NCBI GenBank assembly: GCA_964600375.1 | Contig: CAZRKY010000001.1 | Span: forward strand, 1 to 49,728 | Length of the DNA stretch: 49,728 bases | Source: an uncultured Caulobacteraceae bacterium | GTDB taxonomy: Bacteria; Pseudomonadota; Alphaproteobacteria; Caulobacterales; Caulobacteraceae | Direction of reading: 5' to 3' | In this document: piece after piece, positions 17,233-26,472 of the stretch | Numbering within the stretch: the stretch's first letter is position 1 | Layout of the letters: each line of letters opens with the position of its first letter | Notes under the pieces: model-generated | The model's input: only the letters and a program-made list of their open reading frames with translations | The model's database searches: none | What the model was told of the DNA's origin: nothing | Program-made: the position numbers and the translations under genes

Positions 17233-20200
17233 ATGGACTGGCGTACGAACAAGGTTCTGGCGCTGGCCGCCGCTGTTGTTCTGTTGCTGGGTTTCGGGGG
17301 CGGTTTTCTGGTCGCCAAGGCGGTTGACGGCGGGGGCCAGCGCGCCACCGTCGACGCTCGCGGCAACCCCATCCCGCAGAAGGGCATGTTCGACGGCTGG
17401 CTGTCCGGCTTCGGTCATCCGCGCGCGTCGAACGCGCCGCGCGCGCCGATCCTCAAGCCCGCCGGTTTCGCCGTCTGGCGCCAGCGCATCGAGACGACCG
17501 GCCCCAACCCGCGCGCCTGCGTCGAGTTCTCCCGCCCGCTGGATCCGTCCAAGCCCTACGCCGACTACGTCCTGGTCTCGCCCGACCCCGGCACGCCGCC
17601 GGCGGTGACGGTCAAGGGCTCGGAGCTGTGCCTGACCGGCCTGGGCTTCTACGACCGCCGCGTCACCTTCCTGAAGGGCCTGCCGGCCCGCGGCGGCGAG
17701 GTGCTGCGCGCCAACGCCGACGTCGACTTCGTGTTCGGCGAGAAGCCCCCCTACGTCGGTTTCGCCGGCGACGGCGTGATCCTGCCGCGCCAGGATTCCG
17801 ATGGCGTCGGCATCGAGACGGTCAACGTCCAGAAGATCAACATCGAGGTCTGGCGCGTCCCGGACCGCAACCTGGTCCGCAAGTCGATCTCCGCGCCGGA
17901 CGCCACGGGCGAAGACGAGTACGCCGGCGACTGGGGCGAGGACGCCGTCGGCGACGACGGCCGCCGCGTCTGGAAGGGCGAGGTCGCCGTGCGCGGCCAG
18001 GCCGGCCAGCGCACCACCACCGTCTTCCCGCTGGGCGCCGTGCTGCGCGACATGCGTCCCGGCGCCTATGTCATCAAGGTGCGCGACGGCACCGGCGGCC
18101 GCGACCTCGGCGACCCCGATTCCGACGAGAACCAGCCGGCCCAGGCGCGCCGCTGGATCCTGTTCACCGACATGGCGCTGGTTTCCTACACCGGCGCCGA
18201 CGGCCTGGACGTCACCGTCCGCTCGCTGAAGTCCGCCAAGCCGATGGCCGGCGTGCGCGTGGCCCTGGTGGCCCGTGACGGCGATGACCTGGCCACCGCC
18301 ATTTCCGACAGCCAGGGCCATGTCCGTTTCGCCCGTGCGCTGCTCGACGGCGAAGGTCCGGCAGACGCCAAGATGGTCATGGCCTACGGCCCGGGCCAGG
18401 ACTTCACCACCATGGACATCGAACGTCCGCCGGTGGACCTGTCCAACCAGGGTATCGGCGGCCGTCAGGCCGAGGGAGAGGCCATCACGGCCGGCCGCGC
18501 GGCGGCCGGGATCATGGACAGCTATGTCTATGTCGATCGCGGGGTCTATCGCCCCGGCGAGACCGTGCGGCTGGTCGCCCTGCTGCGCGACAACCAGGCC
18601 CGCGCGGTCACCAACCGCTCCGGCTTCCTCATCATCAAGCGTCCCTCGGGCGTGGAGGCCTTCCGCTATCGCTTCGACAAGCCCGCCCAGGGCTACGCCG
18701 CCGCCAACATCGTGCTCCCGGCCTCGGCGCCGCGCGGCCGCTGGACGGCGATCGTCCAGGCCGACGGGGTGGATGAACCGGTCGGCAAGGTCACCTTCGG
18801 GGTCGAGGACTTCGCGCCTCAGCGCCTGGCGGTCGAGATCGCCCGCGCGGCGTCCGCCACCCCCATCCGCGCCGACGAGAGCCGGCCGGTCGCTGTCGAC
18901 GCCCGCTTCCTCTACGGCGCGCCCGGCTCGGGCCTGCAGGTGCAGGGCGAGGCGCGGGTGAAGGTCGACTACGACCCCTTCCCCCGCTTCAAGGACTACC
19001 GCTGGGGCGACGAGCAGACCCCCTTCGAGGAGAAGCTCGTCACCCTGGCCGAGACCGTCACCGACGGCGACGGCCACGCCACCCTGGTGTTCAACTCGGC
19101 CGAGGCGGCGGACTCGCCCCAGCCTCTGAAGGCGCTGTTCACCGCCTCGGTGTTCGAACCGGGCGGCCGTCCGGTCGCCGAGGGAACCGAGATCAAGATC
19201 CACCGCCGCCCGCTGTTCCTGGGCGTGAAGGTCGATCCGGGCAACGATTCCGGCCGCCAGGACCCGACCGTCGGCTTCGACATCATCGGGGTGGACGCTA
19301 ACGGCGCGCGCATCGCCGCGCCCGGGGTCAACTGGACCATCATTTCCGAGAACTGGGACTACGACTGGTTCCAGCAGGACGGCCGCTGGCAATGGCGGCG
19401 GTCTTCGCGTGACGCCGTCGTCGCGCGCGGCGAGGTGAACGTCGGCGCCGGCGGTCCGGCCAAGCTGGCCCGGCGCCTGGGCTGGGGAGACTACCGCCTC
19501 GTGCTCGAGGACCCGAAGACCGGGGCCAGGACCGTCATCCGCTTCGCCGCGGGCTGGGGTGCGCCGGCCAAGGACGCCGAGGCGCCCGATTTCGTGCGTG
19601 TCTCCGCCGGATCGGCCCACTACGCCCAGGGCGACACCATCGAGGTGACGATCAAGGGCCCTTACGCCGGTGAGGCCCAGATCGCGGTCGCCACCGACCG
19701 GGTTCTGGCGCTGCGCAACATCAGCGTGCCCGCCGGCGGGACGACCGTGCGCATCAAGTCCGACCCGTCCTGGGGCGGCGGGGCCTACGTCATGGTCTCG
19801 CTGGTCCAGCCGCGAAACCCCGTGACCACGCCCAAGCCCCGCCGGGCCGTGGGGCTGGTCTATGTGCCCCTCGATCCCAAGGGACGAAAGCTCGGCATCG
19901 ATATCGGCACGCCCGAGCAGGTGCGCGGGCGAGAGCAGCTGGTCGTGCCGGTCCAGATCAACGGCCTGCCGTTCGGGCGCCGCGCCCGGGTGACCATTTC
20001 GGCGGTCGACCAGGGCATCCTGAACCTGACCAAGTTCGACTCCCCCGATCCGGTGAAGTGGTACTTCGGCAAGCGTGCGCTGGGCGTCGACTATCGTGAC
20101 GACTACGGCCGCCTGCTCGATCCCAACCTGGGCGCGCCCGCCGCCCTCAACTACGGCGCCGACGAGATCGGCGGCGAGGGGCTGACGGTCACGCCGATCA

Positions 20201-22242
20201 AGTCCGTGGCCCTGTGGTCCGGCGTGGTCGAGACGGGCCTGGACGGCAAGGCGCGCATCGTCCTGCCGGCGCCCGACTTCAACGGCGAGATGCGGATCAT
20301 GGCGGTGGCCTGGACCGAGGACGCCGTCGGCGCGCAATCCGAAAAGGTCGTGGTGCGCGAACCCGTGGTCGCCGACCTGGCCCTGCCGCGCTTCCTGGCG
20401 CCGGGCGACCAGGCCTTCGCGACACTTGAACTGCACAACCTCGAGGGCAAGCCCGGCGGCTACACCGCCGCAGTTGCCGGCGAGGGCGGGATCGCGTCCA
20501 CCTTCCGCAAGCTGTTCCAGCTGGTGGTCGGTCAGCGCATCGCCGAACGCCTGCCCATCAGCGCGCCCGCGCGCGCCGGCATCGGCAAGGTGAACTTCAC
20601 GCTGAACGGCCCGGGCTTCAACCAGACCCGCTCCTACGGTCTGCAGACCCGCGTCGGCTGGGGACCCGAGACCCGGGTGACCAATGAGCTGCAAAGGCCG
20701 GGCACGGCCTGGACCCCGCCGGCGTCGCTGCTGAGCGGCTTCCAGCCCGGTTCGGCCAGTCTCCACGTCAGCTACTCGCCGTTCCGCGGCTTCGACCCGG
20801 CGCCCATCGCCGCGGCCTTGTCGCGCTATCCCTACGGCTGCACCGAGCAGCTCGTTTCGGGCGCCTATCCGTGGCTCTACGTTTCCACTGGGACTGCGAA
20901 CCAGCGGTCGGTGCGCCGCGCCCACCCGTTGCTTTCCCAGGCGGTCGGGCGGCTGCTGGATCGCCAGGCGGCGGACGGCGCCTTCGGCCTCTGGCGCGTC
21001 GGCGACGGCGAGGCGGACGCCTGGCTGGGCGCCTACGCCACAGACTTCCTGATCGAGGCTCGCGCCCACGGCGCCCCGGTGCCGCAGTCCGCGCTCGACA
21101 AGGCGCTGAACGCCATGCGCCTGATCTCGCGTCCGGACGGCTGGGCCTCGGTCGGCTACCGGACCGAGTATCCGGAGTGGTGGGCGGGCGACAAGGACAA
21201 GTCCAAGGCCGCCACCGAGCGCATGCGCTCCCAGGCTTCAGCCTACGCGCTCTACGTCCTGGCCAAGGGCGGCAAGGGCGACCTGGCCCGCCTGCGCTGG
21301 TGGCACGACGTGCAGTTCCGCACCGAGAAGTCGCCGCTGGCCCGCGCCCAGATCGGGGCGGCGCTGGCCATGATGGGCGACCGCGCCCGGGCCCACTCGG
21401 CCTTCCGCCAGGCGGTCGAGACCCTGGGCTACCGCGAGGAGACCAGCTGGTACCAGTCGCCGCTCCGCGACCTGTCCGGAGTCATCGCGCTGGCCTACGA
21501 GGCCGGCGAGACCAACCTCGCCCGCGCCCTGCAGAAGCGTCTCGAGGACTCGGTGCGCGATCCGGACCAGCTCAACACCCAGGAACAGGCGCGCCTGCTG
21601 CAGGCCGCCCACTGGATGCTGCGCGCGGCCGGGACCATCCGCATCGACGCCACCGGCGCGACCCTGCTGGCCGATTCCGGCGGCGCGCGCCGCTGGGGCG
21701 TCGGCCAGCTGGCGGACGCCCGCTTCACCAACCGCGGCAGCGGGGCGCTGTGGCGGACCGTCACCGTGCTGGGGTCGCCCGCGGCCCAGCCGGGCTCGGC
21801 GTCGAACGGCCTGACGGTGCAGAAGTCGTTCTTCACCATGCAGGGCGGGATGGTGAACCCCGCCACCCTGCAGCAGGGCGACCGCATGGTCATCCGGGTG
21901 TCGGGGCGGTCCAACCAGGGCCGGACCACGCCGCTGGTGATCGACGACGCCCTGCCGGCCGGGTTCGAGATCGAGACCGTGCTGAGCCCCGAGGACGCCA
22001 AGGACGGGCCGTTCAAGTTCCTGGGCGAGCTGTCGCAGACCGACGCCCAGGAGATGCGCGACGACCGCTATGTCGCGGCCTTCGACCTGGCGGGCGGTCA
22101 GCCCTATGCGGTGGCCTATGTGGTGCGGGCGGTGACGCCGGGCAGCTTCTACCTGCCCGGACCCGAGGCGCGCGACATGTACCGGCCGGGCGTCTTCGCC
22201 CGGACCACGGGCGGCCGCACCACGATCGCGGCGGGGAATTGA
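17233..22242 (+). CDS. bacterial alpha-2-macroglobulin family protein with intact thioester
   Basis: About 1669 aa. ATG at 17233 is preceded by GGGAGAG, and there is an N-terminal TM anchor. Thioester motif GCTEQ (CTEQ codons 20839-20850). Followed by pbpC, the classic yfhM-pbpC pairing. Confidence 0.92.
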   Translation: MDWRTNKVLALAAAVVLLLGFGGGFLVAKAVDGGGQRATVDARGNPIPQKGMFDGWLSGFGHPRASNAPRAPILKPAGFAVWRQRIETTGPNPRACVEFSRPLDPSKPYADYVLVSPDPGTPPAVTVKGSELCLTGLGFYDRRVTFLKGLPARGGEVLRANADVDFVFGEKPPYVGFAGDGVILPRQDSDGVGIETVNVQKINIEVWRVPDRNLVRKSISAPDATGEDEYAGDWGEDAVGDDGRRVWKGEVAVRGQAGQRTTTVFPLGAVLRDMRPGAYVIKVRDGTGGRDLGDPDSDENQPAQARRWILFTDMALVSYTGADGLDVTVRSLKSAKPMAGVRVALVARDGDDLATAISDSQGHVRFARALLDGEGPADAKMVMAYGPGQDFTTMDIERPPVDLSNQGIGGRQAEGEAITAGRAAAGIMDSYVYVDRGVYRPGETVRLVALLRDNQARAVTNRSGFLIIKRPSGVEAFRYRFDKPAQGYAAANIVLPASAPRGRWTAIVQADGVDEPVGKVTFGVEDFAPQRLAVEIARAASATPIRADESRPVAVDARFLYGAPGSGLQVQGEARVKVDYDPFPRFKDYRWGDEQTPFEEKLVTLAETVTDGDGHATLVFNSAEAADSPQPLKALFTASVFEPGGRPVAEGTEIKIHRRPLFLGVKVDPGNDSGRQDPTVGFDIIGVDANGARIAAPGVNWTIISENWDYDWFQQDGRWQWRRSSRDAVVARGEVNVGAGGPAKLARRLGWGDYRLVLEDPKTGARTVIRFAAGWGAPAKDAEAPDFVRVSAGSAHYAQGDTIEVTIKGPYAGEAQIAVATDRVLALRNISVPAGGTTVRIKSDPSWGGGAYVMVSLVQPRNPVTTPKPRRAVGLVYVPLDPKGRKLGIDIGTPEQVRGREQLVVPVQINGLPFGRRARVTISAVDQGILNLTKFDSPDPVKWYFGKRALGVDYRDDYGRLLDPNLGAPAALNYGADEIGGEGLTVTPIKSVALWSGVVETGLDGKARIVLPAPDFNGEMRIMAVAWTEDAVGAQSEKVVVREPVVADLALPRFLAPGDQAFATLELHNLEGKPGGYTAAVAGEGGIASTFRKLFQLVVGQRIAERLPISAPARAGIGKVNFTLNGPGFNQTRSYGLQTRVGWGPETRVTNELQRPGTAWTPPASLLSGFQPGSASLHVSYSPFRGFDPAPIAAALSRYPYGCTEQLVSGAYPWLYVSTGTANQRSVRRAHPLLSQAVGRLLDRQAADGAFGLWRVGDGEADAWLGAYATDFLIEARAHGAPVPQSALDKALNAMRLISRPDGWASVGYRTEYPEWWAGDKDKSKAATERMRSQASAYALYVLAKGGKGDLARLRWWHDVQFRTEKSPLARAQIGAALAMMGDRARAHSAFRQAVETLGYREETSWYQSPLRDLSGVIALAYEAGETNLARALQKRLEDSVRDPDQLNTQEQARLLQAAHWMLRAAGTIRIDATGATLLADSGGARRWGVGQLADARFTNRGSGALWRTVTVLGSPAAQPGSASNGLTVQKSFFTMQGGMVNPATLQQGDRMVIRVSGRSNQGRTTPLVIDDALPAGFEIETVLSPEDAKDGPFKFLGELSQTDAQEMRDDRYVAAFDLAGGQPYAVAYVVRAVTPGSFYLPGPEARDMYRPGVFARTTGGRTTIAAGN

Positions 22243-22273
22243 CGACGGCGTGAACGACTTGTGTGGGCGTGTG

Positions 22274-22414
22274 CCTTCTCCCCTTGCGGGAGAAGGTGGG
22301 TCTCGAAGAGACCCGGATGAGGGGTGCTGACGCATGGCTGGCAAGCGTCGCGCCGACACCCCTCACCCGACCAGGCAAGCCGGCCCACCCTCTCCCTCAA
22401 GGGGAGAGGGGAGG
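22274..22414. repeat. inverted pair of short GC-rich hairpin repeats (alphaproteobacterial REP-like element)
   Basis: Left copy CCTTCTCCCCTTGCGGGAGAAGG...TGAGGGGTG (22274-22326). Right copy CACCCCTCA...CCCTCTCCCTCAAGGGGAGAGGG (22357-22414). Each copy contains a 9-bp stem hairpin. Confidence 0.7.
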
Positions 22415-24484
22415 CTTCTGCGCAGACTTCGCGACAGCTCGATCCTTGTGCGCAGGATAACCTTCGCCGCCGGCGGCCTGCTGGCCTGTCAGGTGCTGCT
22501 GGCGGCGGTCGACCTCGCCCTGCCGCCGGACATGGGCCGGGCCGAGCGGTCCTCGCCCGTGGCGCTGGACCGGCACGGCGCCTGGCTGCGCGCCCTGCCG
22601 GTGGAGAACGGCCGCTGGCGGATCCGGGCCGACCTGGCGCGCACCGACCGGACGTTCCTGAAGCGGCTCGTCGCGGTCGAGGACGAGCGGTTCTACTGGC
22701 ACTTCGGGGTCGACCCGGTCTCGATGATCCGCGCGCTGGTCGGCAATGCGCGGGCCGGCGAGATCACCTCGGGCGGCTCGACCATCACCATGCAGACGGT
22801 GCGCCTGCTGGAGCCGCGGCCCCGCAACCTCGGCTCCAAGCTCATCGAGATCATCCGCGCCGCCCAGCTGGAGGCGCGCCTCAGCAAGCGCGAGATCCTG
22901 GCGCTGTACCTGACGCTGGCCCCCTACGGCGGCAATCTGGAAGGGGTGCGGGCGGCCTCCCTCAGCTGGTTCGGCCATGAGCCGGAAAGCCTGACCACCG
23001 GCGAGCAGGCGCTGCTCATCGCCTTGCCGCAGTCGCCCGAGTCCCGCCGCCCGGACCGCCGCCCGAAGATCGCCGCCGCCGCCCGCGATGCGGTGCTGGA
23101 ACGCATGCGGCGAGCCGGCCTGATCGATGACTTCATCGTCGCCGAGGCCTCCAGCGAGCCGCTACCGACCGCGCGCGCAGCGTTCCCGCGCCTGGCCTGG
23201 CACGCGGCCGGAAGGCTGGCCGCAGCCGCGCCCCTGAGCCAGGCCACGGTGCACACCACCCTCGACGCCGGCCTGCAGGCGCGGCTGGAGGAGTTCGCCC
23301 GCGACGCCGCCCGCACCCAGGGACCGGAATCGACCGTGGCCATCGTGGTGGTTGACCTGAAGACGCGCGGCGTACTGGCCTCGGTGGGCTCCGGCGGGCT
23401 GGACCGGCCGGGCGGCTGGGTGGACATGACGCGGGCGCTGCGCTCGCCCGGGTCGGCGCTGAAGCCCTTTGTCTACGCCATGGCCTTCGATCAGGGCATC
23501 GCCGCGCCCGACACCCTGGTGCAGGACGCCGCCATGCGCTTCGGCGACTACCAGCCGGAGAACTTCGACCACATGTTCCACGGGCAGGTGACGGCCCGCG
23601 AGGCGTTGATGCACTCGCTGAACGTGCCGGCGGTGGCCATGCTGGCCCGCATCGGGCCGGAGGCCTTCGCCGCGCGGCTGGAATCGACGGGGATTCGGCT
23701 GGTGCGCCCGCGCATCCGCGACCGGGCCGCGGGCCTGGCGCTGGCGCTGGGCGGGGCGGGGATCACGATCCAGGATCTGGCGGTGCTCTATGCGGCGCTG
23801 GGGGACGAAGGGTTGGCCAAGCCGCTGGCCTGGACCCTGGCGGAGGCCGAGAAGCGCCAGCGCGCGCACGGGGTGCGGCTGGTGCGCGCCGAGGCGGCGT
23901 CGCAGGTGCTCGACATCCTGCGCGACACCCCGCCGCCGCGGGGCCGCGCGCCGGGCGCCCTGATGTCGCGCGGGCCGCGCATCGCCTGGAAGACCGGCAC
24001 CTCCTACGGTTTTCGCGACGCGCTGGCGGCGGGCGTCGGCGGGGGCAAGGTGGTGGTCGTCTGGACCGGCCGCGCCGACGGCGGGGCCCGGGGCGGCCTG
24101 ACCGGGCGCGATGCGGCCGCGCCCATGCTGTTCGATGTCTTCGACGTGTTGGATGCGCCGACCCGGGCGCCCCCGCCGGTGGCCCCGCGCGGCGCGCCCT
24201 CGGCGCTCACCACTCTGCGAGACCAGGCTGAAGGGCCGGTGATGATCTTCCCGCCCGATGGCGCCGTGGTGCAGGTCGAGGCCGCCGGGGACGCCAGTCG
24301 CGGCCTGGTGCTGGCCGCCCGCGGCGAGAACCTGACCTGGTACGTCGACGGCCTGCCGCTGGAGGCCGATCCGATCTCGGGCCGGGTGGTGTGGCGACCG
24401 CGCACGCCTGGCTTCTATCGCCTGGCGGTAGTCGACGCCCAGGGCCGCGAGGCGTCGTCGAAGGTACGGGTGCGGACGCCCTAG
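22334..24484 (+). CDS. pbpC: penicillin-binding protein 1C
   Basis: GT51 motifs (EDERFYWHFG, GGSTITMQ), SxxK (SALKPF) and a PbpC-type C-terminal beta domain. The start is uncertain because the ATG at 22334 reads through the repeat element. An in-frame GTG at 22448 lies just before the TM helix. Confidence 0.88.
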   Translation: MAGKRRADTPHPTRQAGPPSPSRGEGRLLRRLRDSSILVRRITFAAGGLLACQVLLAAVDLALPPDMGRAERSSPVALDRHGAWLRALPVENGRWRIRADLARTDRTFLKRLVAVEDERFYWHFGVDPVSMIRALVGNARAGEITSGGSTITMQTVRLLEPRPRNLGSKLIEIIRAAQLEARLSKREILALYLTLAPYGGNLEGVRAASLSWFGHEPESLTTGEQALLIALPQSPESRRPDRRPKIAAAARDAVLERMRRAGLIDDFIVAEASSEPLPTARAAFPRLAWHAAGRLAAAAPLSQATVHTTLDAGLQARLEEFARDAARTQGPESTVAIVVVDLKTRGVLASVGSGGLDRPGGWVDMTRALRSPGSALKPFVYAMAFDQGIAAPDTLVQDAAMRFGDYQPENFDHMFHGQVTAREALMHSLNVPAVAMLARIGPEAFAARLESTGIRLVRPRIRDRAAGLALALGGAGITIQDLAVLYAALGDEGLAKPLAWTLAEAEKRQRAHGVRLVRAEAASQVLDILRDTPPPRGRAPGALMSRGPRIAWKTGTSYGFRDALAAGVGGGKVVVVWTGRADGGARGGLTGRDAAAPMLFDVFDVLDAPTRAPPPVAPRGAPSALTTLRDQAEGPVMIFPPDGAVVQVEAAGDASRGLVLAARGENLTWYVDGLPLEADPISGRVVWRPRTPGFYRLAVVDAQGREASSKVRVRTP

Positions 24485-26163
24485 TCCGGGATGTTGTCGA
24501 GATCCCTGCCCTTGGTCTCGGGCAGGAACAGGACCGCCACGATGATGGCCAGCAGGGTGAAGCCCACCGGGTACCAGAGCCCGAAGTAGATATCGCCCGA
24601 GCCCGCCATCATGGCGAAGGCCGCCGCCGGCAGGAAGCCGCCGACCCAGCCGGTGCCGATGTTGTAGGGCACGCCCATGCCGGTGTAGCGCACCCGCGTC
24701 GGAAACAGCTCGACCAGGGCCGAGGCCTGCGGCCCGTAGAGCGCCGTGGCGGCGACGACGAAGACCAGCATGATGGCGAACAGGGTCTTCATGTCGGTCT
24801 GGGCTGGGTCGGCCTTCTCTGGATAGCCGTGGGCGCGCAGGGCGGCCGAGACCTCGGCCTCGACCGAGGTCCTGAGCGCCTTCAGCGCGTCCTTGTCCAG
24901 GCCCCGTCCGTCGCGTGAGGCGATGGTCTGGTCGCCGACGGTGACCGTGGCGATCGAGCCCGCCGGGCCGGCGCGGTTCTCGTAGGAGACGCCGGCGTTG
25001 GTCAGGTAGCCCTTGGCGATGTCGCAGGAGGAGGCGAAGGTCGCCTTGCCGACGGGGTCGAACTGCAGGGAGCAACTGGCCGGATCGGCGGTCACCACCA
25101 CCGGGGCGGCGCGCTGGGCATCGGCCAGGGCGGGATTGCCGGCGCGGGTCATGTAGTGGAAGGCCGAGGTGCCGAAGCTGGGCACGAAGGCGGCGGCGGC
25201 CAGGATCATGCCGAACAGCATCACCGGCTTGCGTCCGATCTTGTCCGAGAGCCAGCCGAAGAAGACGTAGAGGAAGGCCGAGACGGCGGTCGAGCCGACC
25301 ATCAGCTGCAGCACCACGCTGTCGTCCAGCTTGATGATCTTCTGCATGAAGAACTGGCTGTAGAAGAAGGCGCAGTACCAGACCGCGCCCTGGGCGATCA
25401 TGACCCCGAACAGGACCAGCAGCACCTTCCTGAGGTTTACCCACTTGAAGAAGGTCTCGCTGACCGGCGCGCGGGGGTGGTGGGCGCTCTCCTCCTCCAT
25501 CTTCCTGAAGGCGGGGCTCTCGCCCAGCTTCATGCGGATCCATAGCGAGATCAGCAGCAGGAGCGACGACAGCACGAACGGAATGCGCCAGCCCCAGCCG
25601 TCCTCGAAGGCCTCCTTGCCCATGATCTCGCGGCAGGCCCAGATGACCAGCAGGGCGCCGATCAGGCCGAGCGCGGCGGACGTCTGGATGAAGCTGGTCA
25701 TCAGGCCGCGCTTCTTCGCCGGGGCGTGTTCGGCGACGTAGATGGCGGCCCCGCCGTACTCTCCGCCCAGCGCGAAGCCCTGGATCATGCGCAGGATGAT
25801 CAGACCGATGGGCGCCGCCATGCCTATGGCGTTGTAGTCGGGCAGGAGGCCGATCCCCACGGTGGCCAGGCCCATGGCGGTGATGGTCACCAGGAAGGCG
25901 CCCTTGCGCCCCTTCATGTCGCCGAAGACGCCGAACACCAGGGCCCCCAGCGGGCGCACGAAGAAGCCGACCGCGAAAGTCGCCAGCGCCAGAATGAAGC
26001 CGGTCGCCTCGCTGACCCCGGCATAGAAGTGCTTGGCGATGATGGTGGCGAGCGATCCGAAGACGAAGAAGTCGTACCATTCGAAGGCCGTGCCGGCGGC
26101 CGAGGCCGCGACGACGGTCGTCAGGCCGGGTTCCTTGTCGGCCGCCTTGCCCTGATCGCTCAT
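24481..26163 (-). CDS. MFS transporter (metabolite:H+ symporter, ProP/KgtP-like) with a large extra loop
   Basis: 560 aa from the ATG at 26163 (SD GGGGGAA). MHS-type N-terminus (FEWYDFFVFG) and 12 predicted TM helices. A soluble insert of about 120 aa lies between TM9 and TM10 (about 24790-25149). Confidence 0.85.
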   Translation of the reverse strand: MSDQGKAADKEPGLTTVVAASAAGTAFEWYDFFVFGSLATIIAKHFYAGVSEATGFILALATFAVGFFVRPLGALVFGVFGDMKGRKGAFLVTITAMGLATVGIGLLPDYNAIGMAAPIGLIILRMIQGFALGGEYGGAAIYVAEHAPAKKRGLMTSFIQTSAALGLIGALLVIWACREIMGKEAFEDGWGWRIPFVLSSLLLLISLWIRMKLGESPAFRKMEEESAHHPRAPVSETFFKWVNLRKVLLVLFGVMIAQGAVWYCAFFYSQFFMQKIIKLDDSVVLQLMVGSTAVSAFLYVFFGWLSDKIGRKPVMLFGMILAAAAFVPSFGTSAFHYMTRAGNPALADAQRAAPVVVTADPASCSLQFDPVGKATFASSCDIAKGYLTNAGVSYENRAGPAGSIATVTVGDQTIASRDGRGLDKDALKALRTSVEAEVSAALRAHGYPEKADPAQTDMKTLFAIMLVFVVAATALYGPQASALVELFPTRVRYTGMGVPYNIGTGWVGGFLPAAAFAMMAGSGDIYFGLWYPVGFTLLAIIVAVLFLPETKGRDLDNIPD

Positions 26164-26221
26164 GGTTTCCCCCGTTTTCCGCAAGGGTCTACCACGCCGC
26201 CCGGGCTTGGCAATCGGGCAA

Positions 26222-26252
26222 GCCAAAGGCCCCGCAGCAGGGCCGCGGGGCC
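26222..26252 (-). terminator. possible intrinsic terminator after the entericidin-like gene
   Basis: GGCCCCGC / GCGGGGCC stem (26228-26252) followed on the minus strand by only TTTGG, a weak T-tract. Confidence 0.4.
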
Positions 26253-26274
26253 TTCGAAAGTCCGGGTCGTGGGC

Positions 26275-26418
26275 CTAGTTGTGCGGCGTCGCCTCGGTGG
26301 CGACGTCGGAGACGGCGTCGCCGGTGGCGGAGACGTCTTCACCAACGCCCCGCATGGTGTTGCAGGCGGCGGTGGTGAGCGCGGCGGCGGCGGCGAGAAT
26401 GACGAAAAACGTACGCAT
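26275..26418 (-). CDS. entericidin EcnA/B family small lipoprotein
   Basis: 47 aa from the ATG at 26418 (SD GGAGG): MRTFFVILAAAAALTTAACNTMRGVGEDVSATGDAVS.... Lipobox TAAC followed by the CNTxxGxGxD pattern. Confidence 0.8.
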   Translation of the reverse strand: MRTFFVILAAAAALTTAACNTMRGVGEDVSATGDAVSDVATEATPHN

Positions 26419-26447
26419 TGGGATTTTGCCTCCAGTTGTACGACCCA

Positions 26448-26472
26448 AACGATCAGGCCGCCTCGGAGTTCC
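26448..26472 (-). promoter_or_regulatory. EcfG/SigT-type promoter GGAAC-N16-CGTT for the entericidin-like gene
   Basis: The plus strand shows AACG (26448-26451), N16, GTTCC (26468-26472). Most of the motif lies inside the last codons of phyK. Confidence 0.7.

Noticed and set aside
17053-21069. Upstream 1339 codons of the 1725-aa minus-strand ORF (15892..21069)
   Set aside because: It lies antisense to the well-supported alpha-2-macroglobulin gene. The composition is Arg/Gly/Ala/Asp-rich with no recognisable motifs, typical of open antisense frames in high-GC DNA. Only the last 386 codons, from the ATG at 17052, form a recognisable FMN-dependent oxidase.
23162-26080. 972-aa minus-strand ORF spanning pbpC and the MFS gene
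   Set aside because: Off-frame or antisense to two genes with clear motifs. The translation is Arg/Gly/Pro-rich and low in complexity, so it is a GC artefact.
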